Under the pieces are notes generated by a model. It did not search any database. It saw nothing but the letters and a program-made list of their open reading frames with translations, and was not told the origin of the DNA. From Candidatus Bipolaricaulota bacterium (lineage in GTDB: Bacteria > Bipolaricaulota > Bipolaricaulia > UBA7950 > UBA9294), in NCBI GenBank assembly GCA_028278555.1, contig JANQEA010000035.1:152089-216088 (forward strand): a stretch of DNA of 64,000 nt. Reading direction: 5' to 3'. This document shows, piece after piece, positions 9,141 to 17,866 of the stretch; the stretch's first letter is position 1, and each line of letters begins with the position of its first letter. A program made the translations under genes and the position numbers.

Positions 9141-9200
9141 CCCGCCCCCTTTGACGATGGATCGTACCGACGCGCCCGCGGGCGATCCAGGGAGGATCGG

Positions 9201-10268
9201 CTATTCGTCGTCGGGCGGGCGATTCACCGGGCGATCGTCCTTCGGCGTCAGATCGCGCGTCCGGCCCTCGTACCAATCGAAGTACTTCAGCGTCCCGGTC
9301 TTCCCCTGCTCGATCAGCTTCCGCTTGTCGGCGCGACTGATCCCGAAGTCGGTCGTCTTGATCTTCAGCGTGTTGATGTAGACGGTCCGATGCCAGTCGT
9401 CGCTGTGGAGGTGCCGGTTGTTCTGCGCGTTCAACAGTGTCTTGATCAACGACCAGCTGTACTCGAACAGGTCGTCGATATCCCGATGAGCCGGCGGCTT
9501 CTCCCGACGGAAGACGGCGATCTCCTGTTCGGTATCGAGTCGGAAGCCGAGCGTCTGCCGGTTGTAGAAGTAGGGATTCCCCTTCGCTTCTTTCCGACGG
9601 TTGATCTTCATGTAGTACGGCGTCTTCCGGAGATGGGTCGCCCGCTCCTTCGACGGAACGTACTTCTGTCGGTCGAACAGCTTCACCGGGTAGTTGTCGA
9701 GCACCCCACCGTCGACGTAGACGTCGCCGCGTCGATTTCGGACGGCGGCGAAGAAGAGCGGGATCGACATCGACATCCGGACCGCCTTGGCGACGCGCAT
9801 GTTCGGCGTCCGCTCGGCCGAGAAGACCTCCTCAAACCCGGTGCTCAGATTCGTTCCGATCAGGTAGAGCCCCCGATGGCCCGTCCGCTTCAGCTGCGCG
9901 AAGGTGACGTCGGCCGGCTGACCTTTCGTCTCGATCCGCTTGCCGATCCACTCCTCGAAGTAGTCCCCCTTGAACCATCCGAACTCGTCGCGGAGCCGAT
10001 CGAAGTTCCGGAGCAGCCCCCATGACTTGTCGAGGAAGTTCCGGAAGTCGAGTTTCAGGAGGATGTCGAGCATCTCCTTCCTCGTGTAGCCGAGCGCGAG
10101 CAAGACCGCGTTGATCGCGCCGGCCGAGGCGCCGCCGACCCGGACAACGTCTTTCAGGATCTTCCTCTCCTCCAGGACTTCCAGGGCTCCAACGTATGCG
10201 ATCCCCTTCACTCCGCCGCCTTCGAACACGAGATTCCGAAACGGGTACTTCACACTCGCCACCTCCAT
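9201..10268 (-). CDS. Patatin-like phospholipase (PNPLA family) with a C-terminal extension
   Basis: Has the oxyanion GGGVKG and nucleophile GASAG motifs. Start probably the GTG after a GGAGGTGG ribosome-binding site. The track ORF extends to 10292. Confidence 0.75.
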   Translation of the reverse strand: MEVASVKYPFRNLVFEGGGVKGIAYVGALEVLEERKILKDVVRVGGASAGAINAVLLALGYTRKEMLDILLKLDFRNFLDKSWGLLRNFDRLRDEFGWFKGDYFEEWIGKRIETKGQPADVTFAQLKRTGHRGLYLIGTNLSTGFEEVFSAERTPNMRVAKAVRMSMSIPLFFAAVRNRRGDVYVDGGVLDNYPVKLFDRQKYVPSKERATHLRKTPYYMKINRRKEAKGNPYFYNRQTLGFRLDTEQEIAVFRREKPPAHRDIDDLFEYSWSLIKTLLNAQNNRHLHSDDWHRTVYINTLKIKTTDFGISRADKRKLIEQGKTGTLKYFDWYEGRTRDLTPKDDRPVNRPPDDE

Positions 10269-10407
10269 GTGGATCCCGATTCTTGCGCACATCCTAACGG
10301 ATGGTGTTCAAAGGAACGAAACGCGGCCTCGACCACCGTTCGGGCCGGCGCTACACTTGAACCGAGTTCTCAGCCGGAGGAAGGCGGGCGGACGATCCGA
10401 TTTGACG

Positions 10408-11400
10408 ATGGACCGGTACGAACAGATCCCGGAATCGGAGAAGCGCGATCGCTACGAGCGGCTCGCGCGGAAGGCCCTCGCCGCGTACGGGCTGCCCGAC
10501 GTGCGGCTGACCCCGATCGGCACGTCGACGCTTGACGTCTTCGAGGTATCGACGGGCGATCCTTCGAGGCACTACGCACTTCGGATCTGTCCGCCGGAGG
10601 TATCGACCGACCGACTCCAGCGTGAGATCCTCTGGCTGACGGCCCTCCGTCGCGACACGAACCTGTCGGTCCCCGAGCCGATTCTCAGCCTGGACGGTGA
10701 GCTGATCCGGAAGGTGGCTGTCGCGGGGGTTCATGGCTTCCGTCCGTGCATCCTCTTCCGCTGGGTCGAGGGCGAAACCTCCGGCGAGCTGACGCCGGAG
10801 CAGCTCCACGCCGTCGGTCGACTGATGGGACAGCTCCACGCACATGCCGAGACGTTCCGCTGGCCGGAGGAGATCACGCCGCCGCGGCGGAACGCGACGA
10901 TGATGTCCGAGGTTCTCGACGAGGATCTGGTCGCGGCGCACTACGGGCCCGTTCGTCTCGACGTCTTCCGAAAGGCGATCGAGTCGATCGCAACAACGAT
11001 GGGCCGTCTTCGGGACGGGTCGGGCGTCGCCGGCGTGATCCACGGCCGGCTGAACCCACGCCGTCTTCTCTTCGCTGAGGAGGGCGTGGGTGCCGTCGGG
11101 TTTGCGGCCTGCCGATGGGGGTACTACGCCTACGATCTCGCGACGATCCGAAGCCACGTTGCAGGACGGGAGATCGGCGCCGCGCTCGTCGCCGAACTCC
11201 TCAAAGGGTATCGATCGGTCCGCGAACTCCCGCCGGAGGTCGAGCGAGCGATTCCCGCATTCGAGGCGCTTCACTCGATCGACCGAATCCAGAAGGCGCT
11301 ACGACGGCCCGATCGAACAAGTGCGAGCGATCGGAACCTCAAGGGAGAATTCGAGGCGCTCCATCGCGGATGGACGTCCGCGGACCACTTGGAGAGATGA
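10408..11400 (+). CDS. APH/homoserine-kinase-II-fold phosphotransferase homolog, predicted catalytically inactive (pseudokinase)
   Basis: Matches the phosphotransferase family fold. The Brenner motif reads HGRLNPRRLLF instead of HGDxxxxN. The DFG-equivalent region reads VGFAAC instead of IDFxxx, and YDLA is retained. Start is the ATG at 10408. Confidence 0.65.
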   Translation: MDRYEQIPESEKRDRYERLARKALAAYGLPDVRLTPIGTSTLDVFEVSTGDPSRHYALRICPPEVSTDRLQREILWLTALRRDTNLSVPEPILSLDGELIRKVAVAGVHGFRPCILFRWVEGETSGELTPEQLHAVGRLMGQLHAHAETFRWPEEITPPRRNATMMSEVLDEDLVAAHYGPVRLDVFRKAIESIATTMGRLRDGSGVAGVIHGRLNPRRLLFAEEGVGAVGFAACRWGYYAYDLATIRSHVAGREIGAALVAELLKGYRSVRELPPEVERAIPAFEALHSIDRIQKALRRPDRTSASDRNLKGEFEALHRGWTSADHLER

Positions 11401-11451
11401 GGGGGTTGGGTGTGCCGCCCGAAGGCGACACACCCGGGTAGGTGGGTTGAG

Positions 11452-12267
11452 CTAGAAACCCCAAACGGTCGGATCGAACGTCGTCAGGCTGTCCGGCGAG
11501 AAGACCTCATCGGCGATCTCGGCGTCGGGCCGTCGACGCTCGATCAAGGTGATCAGCGTCGAGCTTTCGTCGAGCACATCGGTGCTCAGCATTTCCGCAA
11601 ACGTCAGCATCCCCTCGAACTCGGTCAGGGAGATGACTTCGATCGTCGACGAGAGGTTCCCGAGGTCGTTGTACGACTCGGCCTTCAGCATCAGGAACGC
11701 TTCGGTATCGACCCAGATGATCGAGCGGGGCGTATCGGTGTCGACGCCCTCCTTCGCGACCGATTCGATCACGTAGGCCATCCGCGTCTCCTCGCCGATC
11801 ACCAGCTCCTCCTCACGAAGGATCGTCGCCACGAAGTCGTCCCGGTCGTTCTCGCCACCGAGATCGTCGTACGACATCGAGCTCCCGGCAAAGCTGCCGC
11901 CGCGCTCCTCGTCCGAAACGAGTTCCTTCGGGATGCCGAGGAGCGGAAGGTAGAGCCAGAGGCGCGAGTCGTCGCCGTCATCGATCTCATGGGTCAGGAA
12001 GATCGTCCCGGCCACGTCGGTTGGCTCGATGAAGTAGATGAGCGAGAAGCCGGGCTTCGACAGCATCCCGAACAGGTTGCCTGAAGTCGTCCCGTCGCGG
12101 TACGTGTTGTCGAACCGAAGCGTCCCGATCATGCTCCCTTCGGCCAGCTTGTCGGCTTCCTCTTCCATCCGGTCGAGGATCTCGTCGGCGGTCAACGCCG
12201 CCGCCGCGAATCCCGCCAGAAGCACCATCACTGCCGTGATCGTCCAAACCATCGTCTTCTTGTACAT
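11452..12267 (-). CDS. LolA-like outer-membrane lipoprotein-sorting family protein (secreted)
   Basis: Has a signal peptide (MYKKTMVWTITAVMVLLAGFAAAAL). LolA-like or DUF4367-like proteins are typically found beside RND/MMPL exporters. Confidence 0.55.
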   Translation of the reverse strand: MYKKTMVWTITAVMVLLAGFAAAALTADEILDRMEEEADKLAEGSMIGTLRFDNTYRDGTTSGNLFGMLSKPGFSLIYFIEPTDVAGTIFLTHEIDDGDDSRLWLYLPLLGIPKELVSDEERGGSFAGSSMSYDDLGGENDRDDFVATILREEELVIGEETRMAYVIESVAKEGVDTDTPRSIIWVDTEAFLMLKAESYNDLGNLSSTIEVISLTEFEGMLTFAEMLSTDVLDESSTLITLIERRRPDAEIADEVFSPDSLTTFDPTVWGF

Positions 12268-12313
12268 GTCGTTCCTCCCTAGGTGATCTACCTGAATTCG
12301 TTGATCTCGTTTG

Positions 12314-14611
12314 CTATCGATCGCGCTTCCACGCTGCTCGCGACAGGAACTTCGGTTGCCACTGCACGAGGATCGCCGGGATGATCGAGATCGCCGACAG
12401 GGCGCTCACGCCCATCGTCAGTGCAATCTGCCAGCCGAACGTTCGGATTCCCTTGAACGAGGCGAAGATCAGGATGAAGAACCCGAGCGCAACCGTAAGG
12501 GCGTTGTAGGTAATGCCGCGTCCCGTCGTCTGGATCGTCGCCTGGAGCGATCGCTCGGCATTCCGGTCCTTTCGGTACTCCGCACGGAAGCGGGAGATGA
12601 AGTGGATCGAGTAGTCAACCCCGATGCCGATCGCGACGACCGAGACCATCAGCGTCATGATGTCGAGCGGCTGGCCGGTGTAGGCCATGATCCCCATCGA
12701 GAACGTCACCGTCAGGATCAGCGGAATCGCCGCAATCAGGCCGGCGACGACCGATCCCATCAAGATCATGACGAGCACGGCGACGGCAGAGATCGTCGTT
12801 GCCAGACCGATCAGCTGGCTGTTCTGCATCTGGGTGAACATCCGGTTCATCAGCGTCGTTCCGCCGATCATCCGGACTCTCATGGTTCCATCTGCAGGGA
12901 AGTGCTCGTCGAGGTAGCCTTGCACGAGCTTCGCGAGGCGGGAGACGTTGCCGGATGAGCCCATCTGATACATCCCGGTCACCGTCCCGGCGGAGAAGTC
13001 GCCGACGGCCATGTCGCCGAGTGTCCCACCCTGGAACGTGTACAGAAGCAAGAGCTGCGAGATCATCTCCCGACTCTCGGGGATGACATAGTAGGCCGGA
13101 TCGTCGGCGTTGAACTTCTCGTTCATCTGCCGGACGAGCGTCGTCAACGAGAAGGTCTTTGCGACACCGTTGTCGAGGAGGAACGCCTCCAGATCGAGCA
13201 TCGCGTTCAGCACCACCGGATCCTTCAATCCGTCCCGGCGCCCCGTATCGAACTCGACCATCAGACTCATATCACCGGAGAAGTACTCCGACGTGAAGTC
13301 GAGGATCTGAACCGCCTCGTGCTCCTCGCCGAGGAATTCCTCGTTCGACGTCTCAATTCGCAGACGCGGGATCCCGGCGACCATCACGCCGAAGATGATC
13401 AACGCCACGAGAAGGACCGTCTTCCGGTGTCCGACGATGACCTTTTCGAACGCAATGAGGACGCGCGTCAGTGGCCGGAACCCCTTCTTGCTCAGATCTC
13501 GAACTCTCGGCTTCTTCAGCAGCGAGAAGACGGCCGGAATCATCACGAGCGAGAAGAGCATCGCAGCCAAGACGCCGATTGCCGTGACGATGCCGAAATG
13601 GCGCTGAGGTACGAGGAACGCCGAAAGAAGTGACAGGAAACCGACGGCGGTCGTCAGCGAGGTCATGACCACCGGCGCCTTCATCTCCTGCATCGTGTTG
13701 AAGATCGCTTCGCGCTTCTCGATCCCCTTGGCGATCTCCTCGTTATAGCGGTTCAGGACGTGGATCGCATCGGCAATACCGATCGCCAGGAGGAGGATCG
13801 GCGCGATGAACGACATCGTCGTCATCGGGAAGCCGAGAAGGACCATTGCCCCCATCGCAACGATCACCGACAACAGCACGATCGCAATCGGCAGGAGAAT
13901 CCCGCGGATCGTCACGAACGATGCGAACAGGAGCGCGACCATCACGAGGATCGCCAGCGGAAAGAGGAGCGTCGTGTCGGCTTCCATCTCCTCCGCCATG
14001 ACCGTGTCGAAGTACGCGTCGCCGTAGATGTACAGGGTGTCACCGTCGCCGCGGTTCTCGTCGACGATGGCGACGATGTCCGGCGTGATGCCGTACTCGT
14101 CGGCCCCGACCTCGAGTTCGATGTTGATCAGCGCAGCCTGCCCGGACTCGCTGACAACGCCACCGATCAGGTTCTCATCGGCCATCAGCCGCTCGCGGAA
14201 GATCTCCATGTCTTCCGGTGTCCGCGGCGCGACGCCGTCTGGCGCGGCCTTGCGGACAGAAAGCGCCGTCTCGGTTCCGACAATCGTCTGGGAGTTCAGC
14301 GGCGTGCTGACCGCCTTGACCCCCGGAATCGCCTCGATCCCGTCGGTCATCCGCTCGATCTTTCCGAGCGTCGTCTCGTTGAAGATGCCGCCCTCGTTGA
14401 ACAGCATCACCATGATCCCCCACGACCGGCCGTACCGCTCCTCCGCCTCGTCCATCAGGACGATGATCGGATCGTCATCGGCCATGAACTCGCGGAAGTC
14501 GGTCTCCTGCTCCAGAAACTGGATCGGGTACGCAAGAGCCACGGCTAGCAACAGCGTCGCGGCGATCGTCCAGATTGGATGATCGACCGCAAATCGAATC
14601 AATCGGTTCAT
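12314..14611 (-). CDS. MMPL/RND superfamily exporter
   Basis: About 765 aa with 12 TM helices and two periplasmic loops. Start set at the ATG (MNRLIRF) that overlaps the upstream gene stop (ATGA) and follows a GAAGGG ribosome-binding site. Confidence 0.85.
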   Translation of the reverse strand: MNRLIRFAVDHPIWTIAATLLLAVALAYPIQFLEQETDFREFMADDDPIIVLMDEAEERYGRSWGIMVMLFNEGGIFNETTLGKIERMTDGIEAIPGVKAVSTPLNSQTIVGTETALSVRKAAPDGVAPRTPEDMEIFRERLMADENLIGGVVSESGQAALINIELEVGADEYGITPDIVAIVDENRGDGDTLYIYGDAYFDTVMAEEMEADTTLLFPLAILVMVALLFASFVTIRGILLPIAIVLLSVIVAMGAMVLLGFPMTTMSFIAPILLLAIGIADAIHVLNRYNEEIAKGIEKREAIFNTMQEMKAPVVMTSLTTAVGFLSLLSAFLVPQRHFGIVTAIGVLAAMLFSLVMIPAVFSLLKKPRVRDLSKKGFRPLTRVLIAFEKVIVGHRKTVLLVALIIFGVMVAGIPRLRIETSNEEFLGEEHEAVQILDFTSEYFSGDMSLMVEFDTGRRDGLKDPVVLNAMLDLEAFLLDNGVAKTFSLTTLVRQMNEKFNADDPAYYVIPESREMISQLLLLYTFQGGTLGDMAVGDFSAGTVTGMYQMGSSGNVSRLAKLVQGYLDEHFPADGTMRVRMIGGTTLMNRMFTQMQNSQLIGLATTISAVAVLVMILMGSVVAGLIAAIPLILTVTFSMGIMAYTGQPLDIMTLMVSVVAIGIGVDYSIHFISRFRAEYRKDRNAERSLQATIQTTGRGITYNALTVALGFFILIFASFKGIRTFGWQIALTMGVSALSAISIIPAILVQWQPKFLSRAAWKRDR

Positions 14612-15114
14612 CGGATCCATCCCTTCGTCGAATAGGCGGCCCAGAGCAGGCCGGGCCAAAGGTCTTCGGTCACGTCAATCCCCTCGCCGATCCCGGCAAA
14701 AACCTGCTCGATGATTCCTGCGATTGCGTCGAGCCCGGCAGCCACGCTCGGCGACAGTGCGCTCATCCCGGCGCTGACGATCCATATGTGGCTCGCCGTT
14801 CCGTCGTCCAATCCTCTCGGAAGGATGACGATCAGGTCATACGGCTCCTCGTCCACGCCGGGGAGCCGGTCGGCAAGTGGGTCGTCGTAGCTCGACATCA
14901 CATCGGCGAGCGTGATCCCCACGTCGAACATCCCAACGGAGCGGAGCGCTCCGACCAATCCTGCGACGCGCATCGTCGAGTTGAACGTCTTTGTCTCGTC
15001 GACGACCAGCACCCTGACGAGGGGCGGAGCGTCCTGCGCGAGCCCGCCAAGCGGGATCGCGATCGCGACCATCATCAGCGCAATCAACAGAGCGTGCGAG
15101 CGTTTCGACATCAC
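14608..15114 (-). CDS. Small secreted or periplasmic protein, possibly an MmpS-like accessory to the MMPL exporter
   Basis: Has an N-terminal TM or signal segment (MMSKRSHALLIALMMVAIAIPLGG) and is 168 aa. It is translationally coupled on both sides. Confidence 0.5.
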   Translation of the reverse strand: MMSKRSHALLIALMMVAIAIPLGGLAQDAPPLVRVLVVDETKTFNSTMRVAGLVGALRSVGMFDVGITLADVMSSYDDPLADRLPGVDEEPYDLIVILPRGLDDGTASHIWIVSAGMSALSPSVAAGLDAIAGIIEQVFAGIGEGIDVTEDLWPGLLWAAYSTKGWIR

Positions 15115-15617
15115 GAACCTCCTCCGTATTCGGCCATCCGTTCCTTCTTCAGTTCGGGGTATCGAACCTTCCAGCGGTCGGCCAATCGCGGAAGCTCTTC
15201 CTCGACGTAGTCGAAGAAGACCATCATCTCCAATAGTCGCTCTTTCGCCTCGATCGGTTCACCTTCGAGCGCGGCAAGACCGAGGGCCGCCAGTTCCTTG
15301 TGCCGCTGGAGGTGCTCCGTCCGCTGGACGTACATGTCCATCCAGATCCCCGGACGGATGCGATAGTAGTGGCGCCGATGTCCGGGAAGGCTCACCTTCT
15401 CAATCACACTAAGCCGCAGGAGCAGCCGGGTTGCCATGCTGATCGAACCCCGGCTCGCCTGGAGGCGCTCGGCCAGTTCGTCCATCGATAGGTACGGGGG
15501 CACACAAACCTGGAGTGCCCCCAGAACGCGGCCGGCCATGTGCGAGAGGCCATGCTCTTCCATCATGTCACCTGTCATCTCCACAAATCGCCTCTCGGCA
15601 TCGAGGGTCTTCACCAT
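15111..15617 (-). CDS. Winged-helix transcriptional regulator (GbsR/MarR-like)
   Basis: HTH region GRVLGALQVCVPPYLSMDELAERLQASRGSISMATRLL. It is the first gene of the MMPL operon, and a GAAGGAGGA ribosome-binding site precedes the ATG. Confidence 0.6.
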   Translation of the reverse strand: MVKTLDAERRFVEMTGDMMEEHGLSHMAGRVLGALQVCVPPYLSMDELAERLQASRGSISMATRLLLRLSVIEKVSLPGHRRHYYRIRPGIWMDMYVQRTEHLQRHKELAALGLAALEGEPIEAKERLLEMMVFFDYVEEELPRLADRWKVRYPELKKERMAEYGGGS

Positions 15618-15641
15618 GGATCCTCCTTCGAGCAGAGCACT

Positions 15642-15669
15642 ATTCTAATTGTTTTGTCTCTTCAGTCAA
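15642..15669 (-). promoter_or_regulatory. Sigma70-like promoter for the regulator/MMPL operon
   Basis: On the minus strand there is TTGACT, a 16-17 nt spacer, then TAGAAT, about 20 nt upstream of the regulator start. It lies in the AT-rich intergenic region. Confidence 0.45.
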
Positions 15670-15732
15670 GTTTGAAACCAGCGAACAGAAAAGGGATTGT
15701 TCACTGCCCGTTATTCACGAAACCTACACATT

Positions 15733-16518
15733 CTAGCGAGGCCGCGCCAGGAAGAGGGTTGCAACTTGGGGCCGATCGATCGACCCGCCGAATCGATCGA
15801 TCGTCGAACGGACGGCCTCCGAGAGGCTCCCGAACGTCGCACGATCGAGGGCGAGATGGTCGGAGTGCGTCCGGAGGAGTCGAAGGTATCGTTCCGTCGC
15901 GTAGGTGGATGTCCACGGGACTCTCACGACGTCTGGCTCGTCGAAGAGGCCCGAGGCGCGGATTTCGCGCAGCGTACGCTCGACCCGATCTTCCAGCGAC
16001 GACCGCCAAGAGGCACGGCCAAGCTGCGGCGCGCATGAGCGATAGACCTCGTCGAGCGCCCGGTAAACCGGTGCATCGGATCCTGGGAAGAGGTTCCAGA
16101 TGAGCGCGAGGTGGCCGGGCGATCGAAGCGCCGCGTGGGCTTTTCGGTAGCCAATCGTCGGTTCGATCCAGTGAAACGCCTGCGCCGAGACGACAAGCTC
16201 GTAGGCGCACGGCTCGACGTCCCAGGTCTCGAAGTCGGCGCAGTCGACGGTCGCATTCGGAAATCGTTCGAGGTTGTGCGCCGCCAGCCGACTCAGTTCT
16301 TCGCCGAGTTCGACCGCGGTGATCGCGTATCCACGCTTCGCCAGGAGGACGGTCAGCTGCCCGGTCCCGCAGCCGATCTCGAGAATCGATCCGCCGCCCG
16401 GGATCCCTGATCGAGCAACCAGCTCGTCGATCAGCTCCACCGGATACCCAGGACGGGCAGCATCGTAGTCGGCTGCAGCCCCGTCAAACAGCCGGCGATC
16501 GCTTCGATTGAACGTCAT
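15733..16518 (-). CDS. Class I SAM-dependent methyltransferase
   Basis: Carries motif I ILEIGCGTGQLT and is 261 aa. Confidence 0.8.
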   Translation of the reverse strand: MTFNRSDRRLFDGAAADYDAARPGYPVELIDELVARSGIPGGGSILEIGCGTGQLTVLLAKRGYAITAVELGEELSRLAAHNLERFPNATVDCADFETWDVEPCAYELVVSAQAFHWIEPTIGYRKAHAALRSPGHLALIWNLFPGSDAPVYRALDEVYRSCAPQLGRASWRSSLEDRVERTLREIRASGLFDEPDVVRVPWTSTYATERYLRLLRTHSDHLALDRATFGSLSEAVRSTIDRFGGSIDRPQVATLFLARPR

Positions 16519-16744
16519 GCCGTGGTCCTCCTGTTCAGGAATCCGGGGATTCTACGCAAGCGGATCGCCTCCGGCGAACCGGACACTCCGATTGCCGGAG
16601 ACGACGCGTTGGGCCCACCGCATCGCAGGTGGAGATCTCTCCCTTCTGCCGTAGACACACGGCGAGTCGGGGGGAGAGACGGACGCGAGACGATTCCGGG
16701 GATGCTCGGACTGTCAGTTCGCACCGTGAAGGAGGAAATCACCA

Positions 16745-17860
16745 ATGGATCCGATCGATGTTCGTGCCAAGTGGGTCGAGCCTCAGGCCGTCACTTCGTC
16801 TCGCTGCTTCGTCAAGGATCAGCACGACGTCCAGGCTGCCATCCGTGAGCTTCGCGAGAAGGCCGGAGCCACAGCGAGCGGGCCACCCGTCTGTCTCTTT
16901 CTGGGGCACGACCCGGAGAAGGGGTTCGAAGTCGAAATCGGCCTTCCGGTGTCCAATGCGGGATCGATCGGTGACCTCGAGATCAAGACGCTTCCCGGCG
17001 ATCACGTCCTCTGGACGCAGCACATCGGTCCGCACACGAAAGCCAACGGCGCGGCCGGGCTCCGCGAAACGGCCGAGCGGATGTGGGGATTCATTGCCGA
17101 GAAGAACCTTCTCGCCGGCGACAACCCGACACGCTACGTCTACCTCGAAGGGGGAGAGACACACGGCGAGCATGCCGAGCGGTACGTCACGGAGATCCAG
17201 ATCTCCTATCACTTCCCGCTCTGGATCGAGTCGCTCGAACGCGGCTTGAAGGAGCAGACCGGTGCCGAGACGGCCGCAGCCGTGACCGCCGGCGCCGATG
17301 CGGTCCGCCACAACTTCGACTCCGAGACACTCCGGTCGTGGGTCCTCGGAACGCTCGATCGCCTCGACGAATCGGTTCCGTCCGAGCGGACACGCGCCTG
17401 TGTCCTCAACGGGTGTGCCCATCGATACCCGAAGATCCAGCTCCTTCGGATGAAGGCGGCCTACGAAGAAGAAGGCGACATCCTCCGGTTCATCGAACGG
17501 CTCAATCGCGACAACGACCTGTTCCCGGCACGAATCTTCTGGAAGGGTGGGGACCCGAAGAACGTCATTTGCATCGAGAAGGTGATCCCTCCGTGGAATC
17601 GGCAGGCGTACGAGAAGGCAACCGATCCGGTTGAGAAGCGATACCTCGGCTGCTTCTGCTCGCTGGTGAAGGAGGTCATCCGCACCGGCGAGGAGCTGTC
17701 GCCGTCGTTCTGTCACTGCTCCGCCGGGTGGTTCGTCCAGATGTGGGAGACGGTTCTCGATCGAACCCCGATCCGCGTCGACATCGTCGAGTCGGTCCTC
17801 CGCGGAGACGACCGCTGCGTCTTCGCCATCCACCTTCCCGAGGAGCTGTTCGCCAAGTAA
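16745..17860 (+). CDS. GyrI-like small-molecule-binding domain protein with a Cys-rich C-terminal domain
   Basis: The first 150 aa or so resemble the GyrI-like/AraC effector-binding fold. The C-terminal domain has Cys clusters (CVLNGCAH, CFCSL, CHCSAGW), suggesting metal or cofactor binding. Confidence 0.5.
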   Translation: MDPIDVRAKWVEPQAVTSSRCFVKDQHDVQAAIRELREKAGATASGPPVCLFLGHDPEKGFEVEIGLPVSNAGSIGDLEIKTLPGDHVLWTQHIGPHTKANGAAGLRETAERMWGFIAEKNLLAGDNPTRYVYLEGGETHGEHAERYVTEIQISYHFPLWIESLERGLKEQTGAETAAAVTAGADAVRHNFDSETLRSWVLGTLDRLDESVPSERTRACVLNGCAHRYPKIQLLRMKAAYEEEGDILRFIERLNRDNDLFPARIFWKGGDPKNVICIEKVIPPWNRQAYEKATDPVEKRYLGCFCSLVKEVIRTGEELSPSFCHCSAGWFVQMWETVLDRTPIRVDIVESVLRGDDRCVFAIHLPEELFAK

Positions 17861-17866
17861 TGGGTG

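Noticed and set aside
8433-10025. Long ORFs of 530 aa and similar sizes on the strand opposite to real genes. Examples are 8433..10025+, 19264..20742+, 19376..20710-, 40721..41788+, 42310..43710+, 60554..63253+, 26305..27219- and 24158..24925-.
   Set aside because: They are high-GC antisense artefacts. Their compositions are Arg/Pro/Gly/Asp-rich and low-complexity, and they have no ribosome-binding sites. Each overlaps a gene with a clear family assignment on the other strand.
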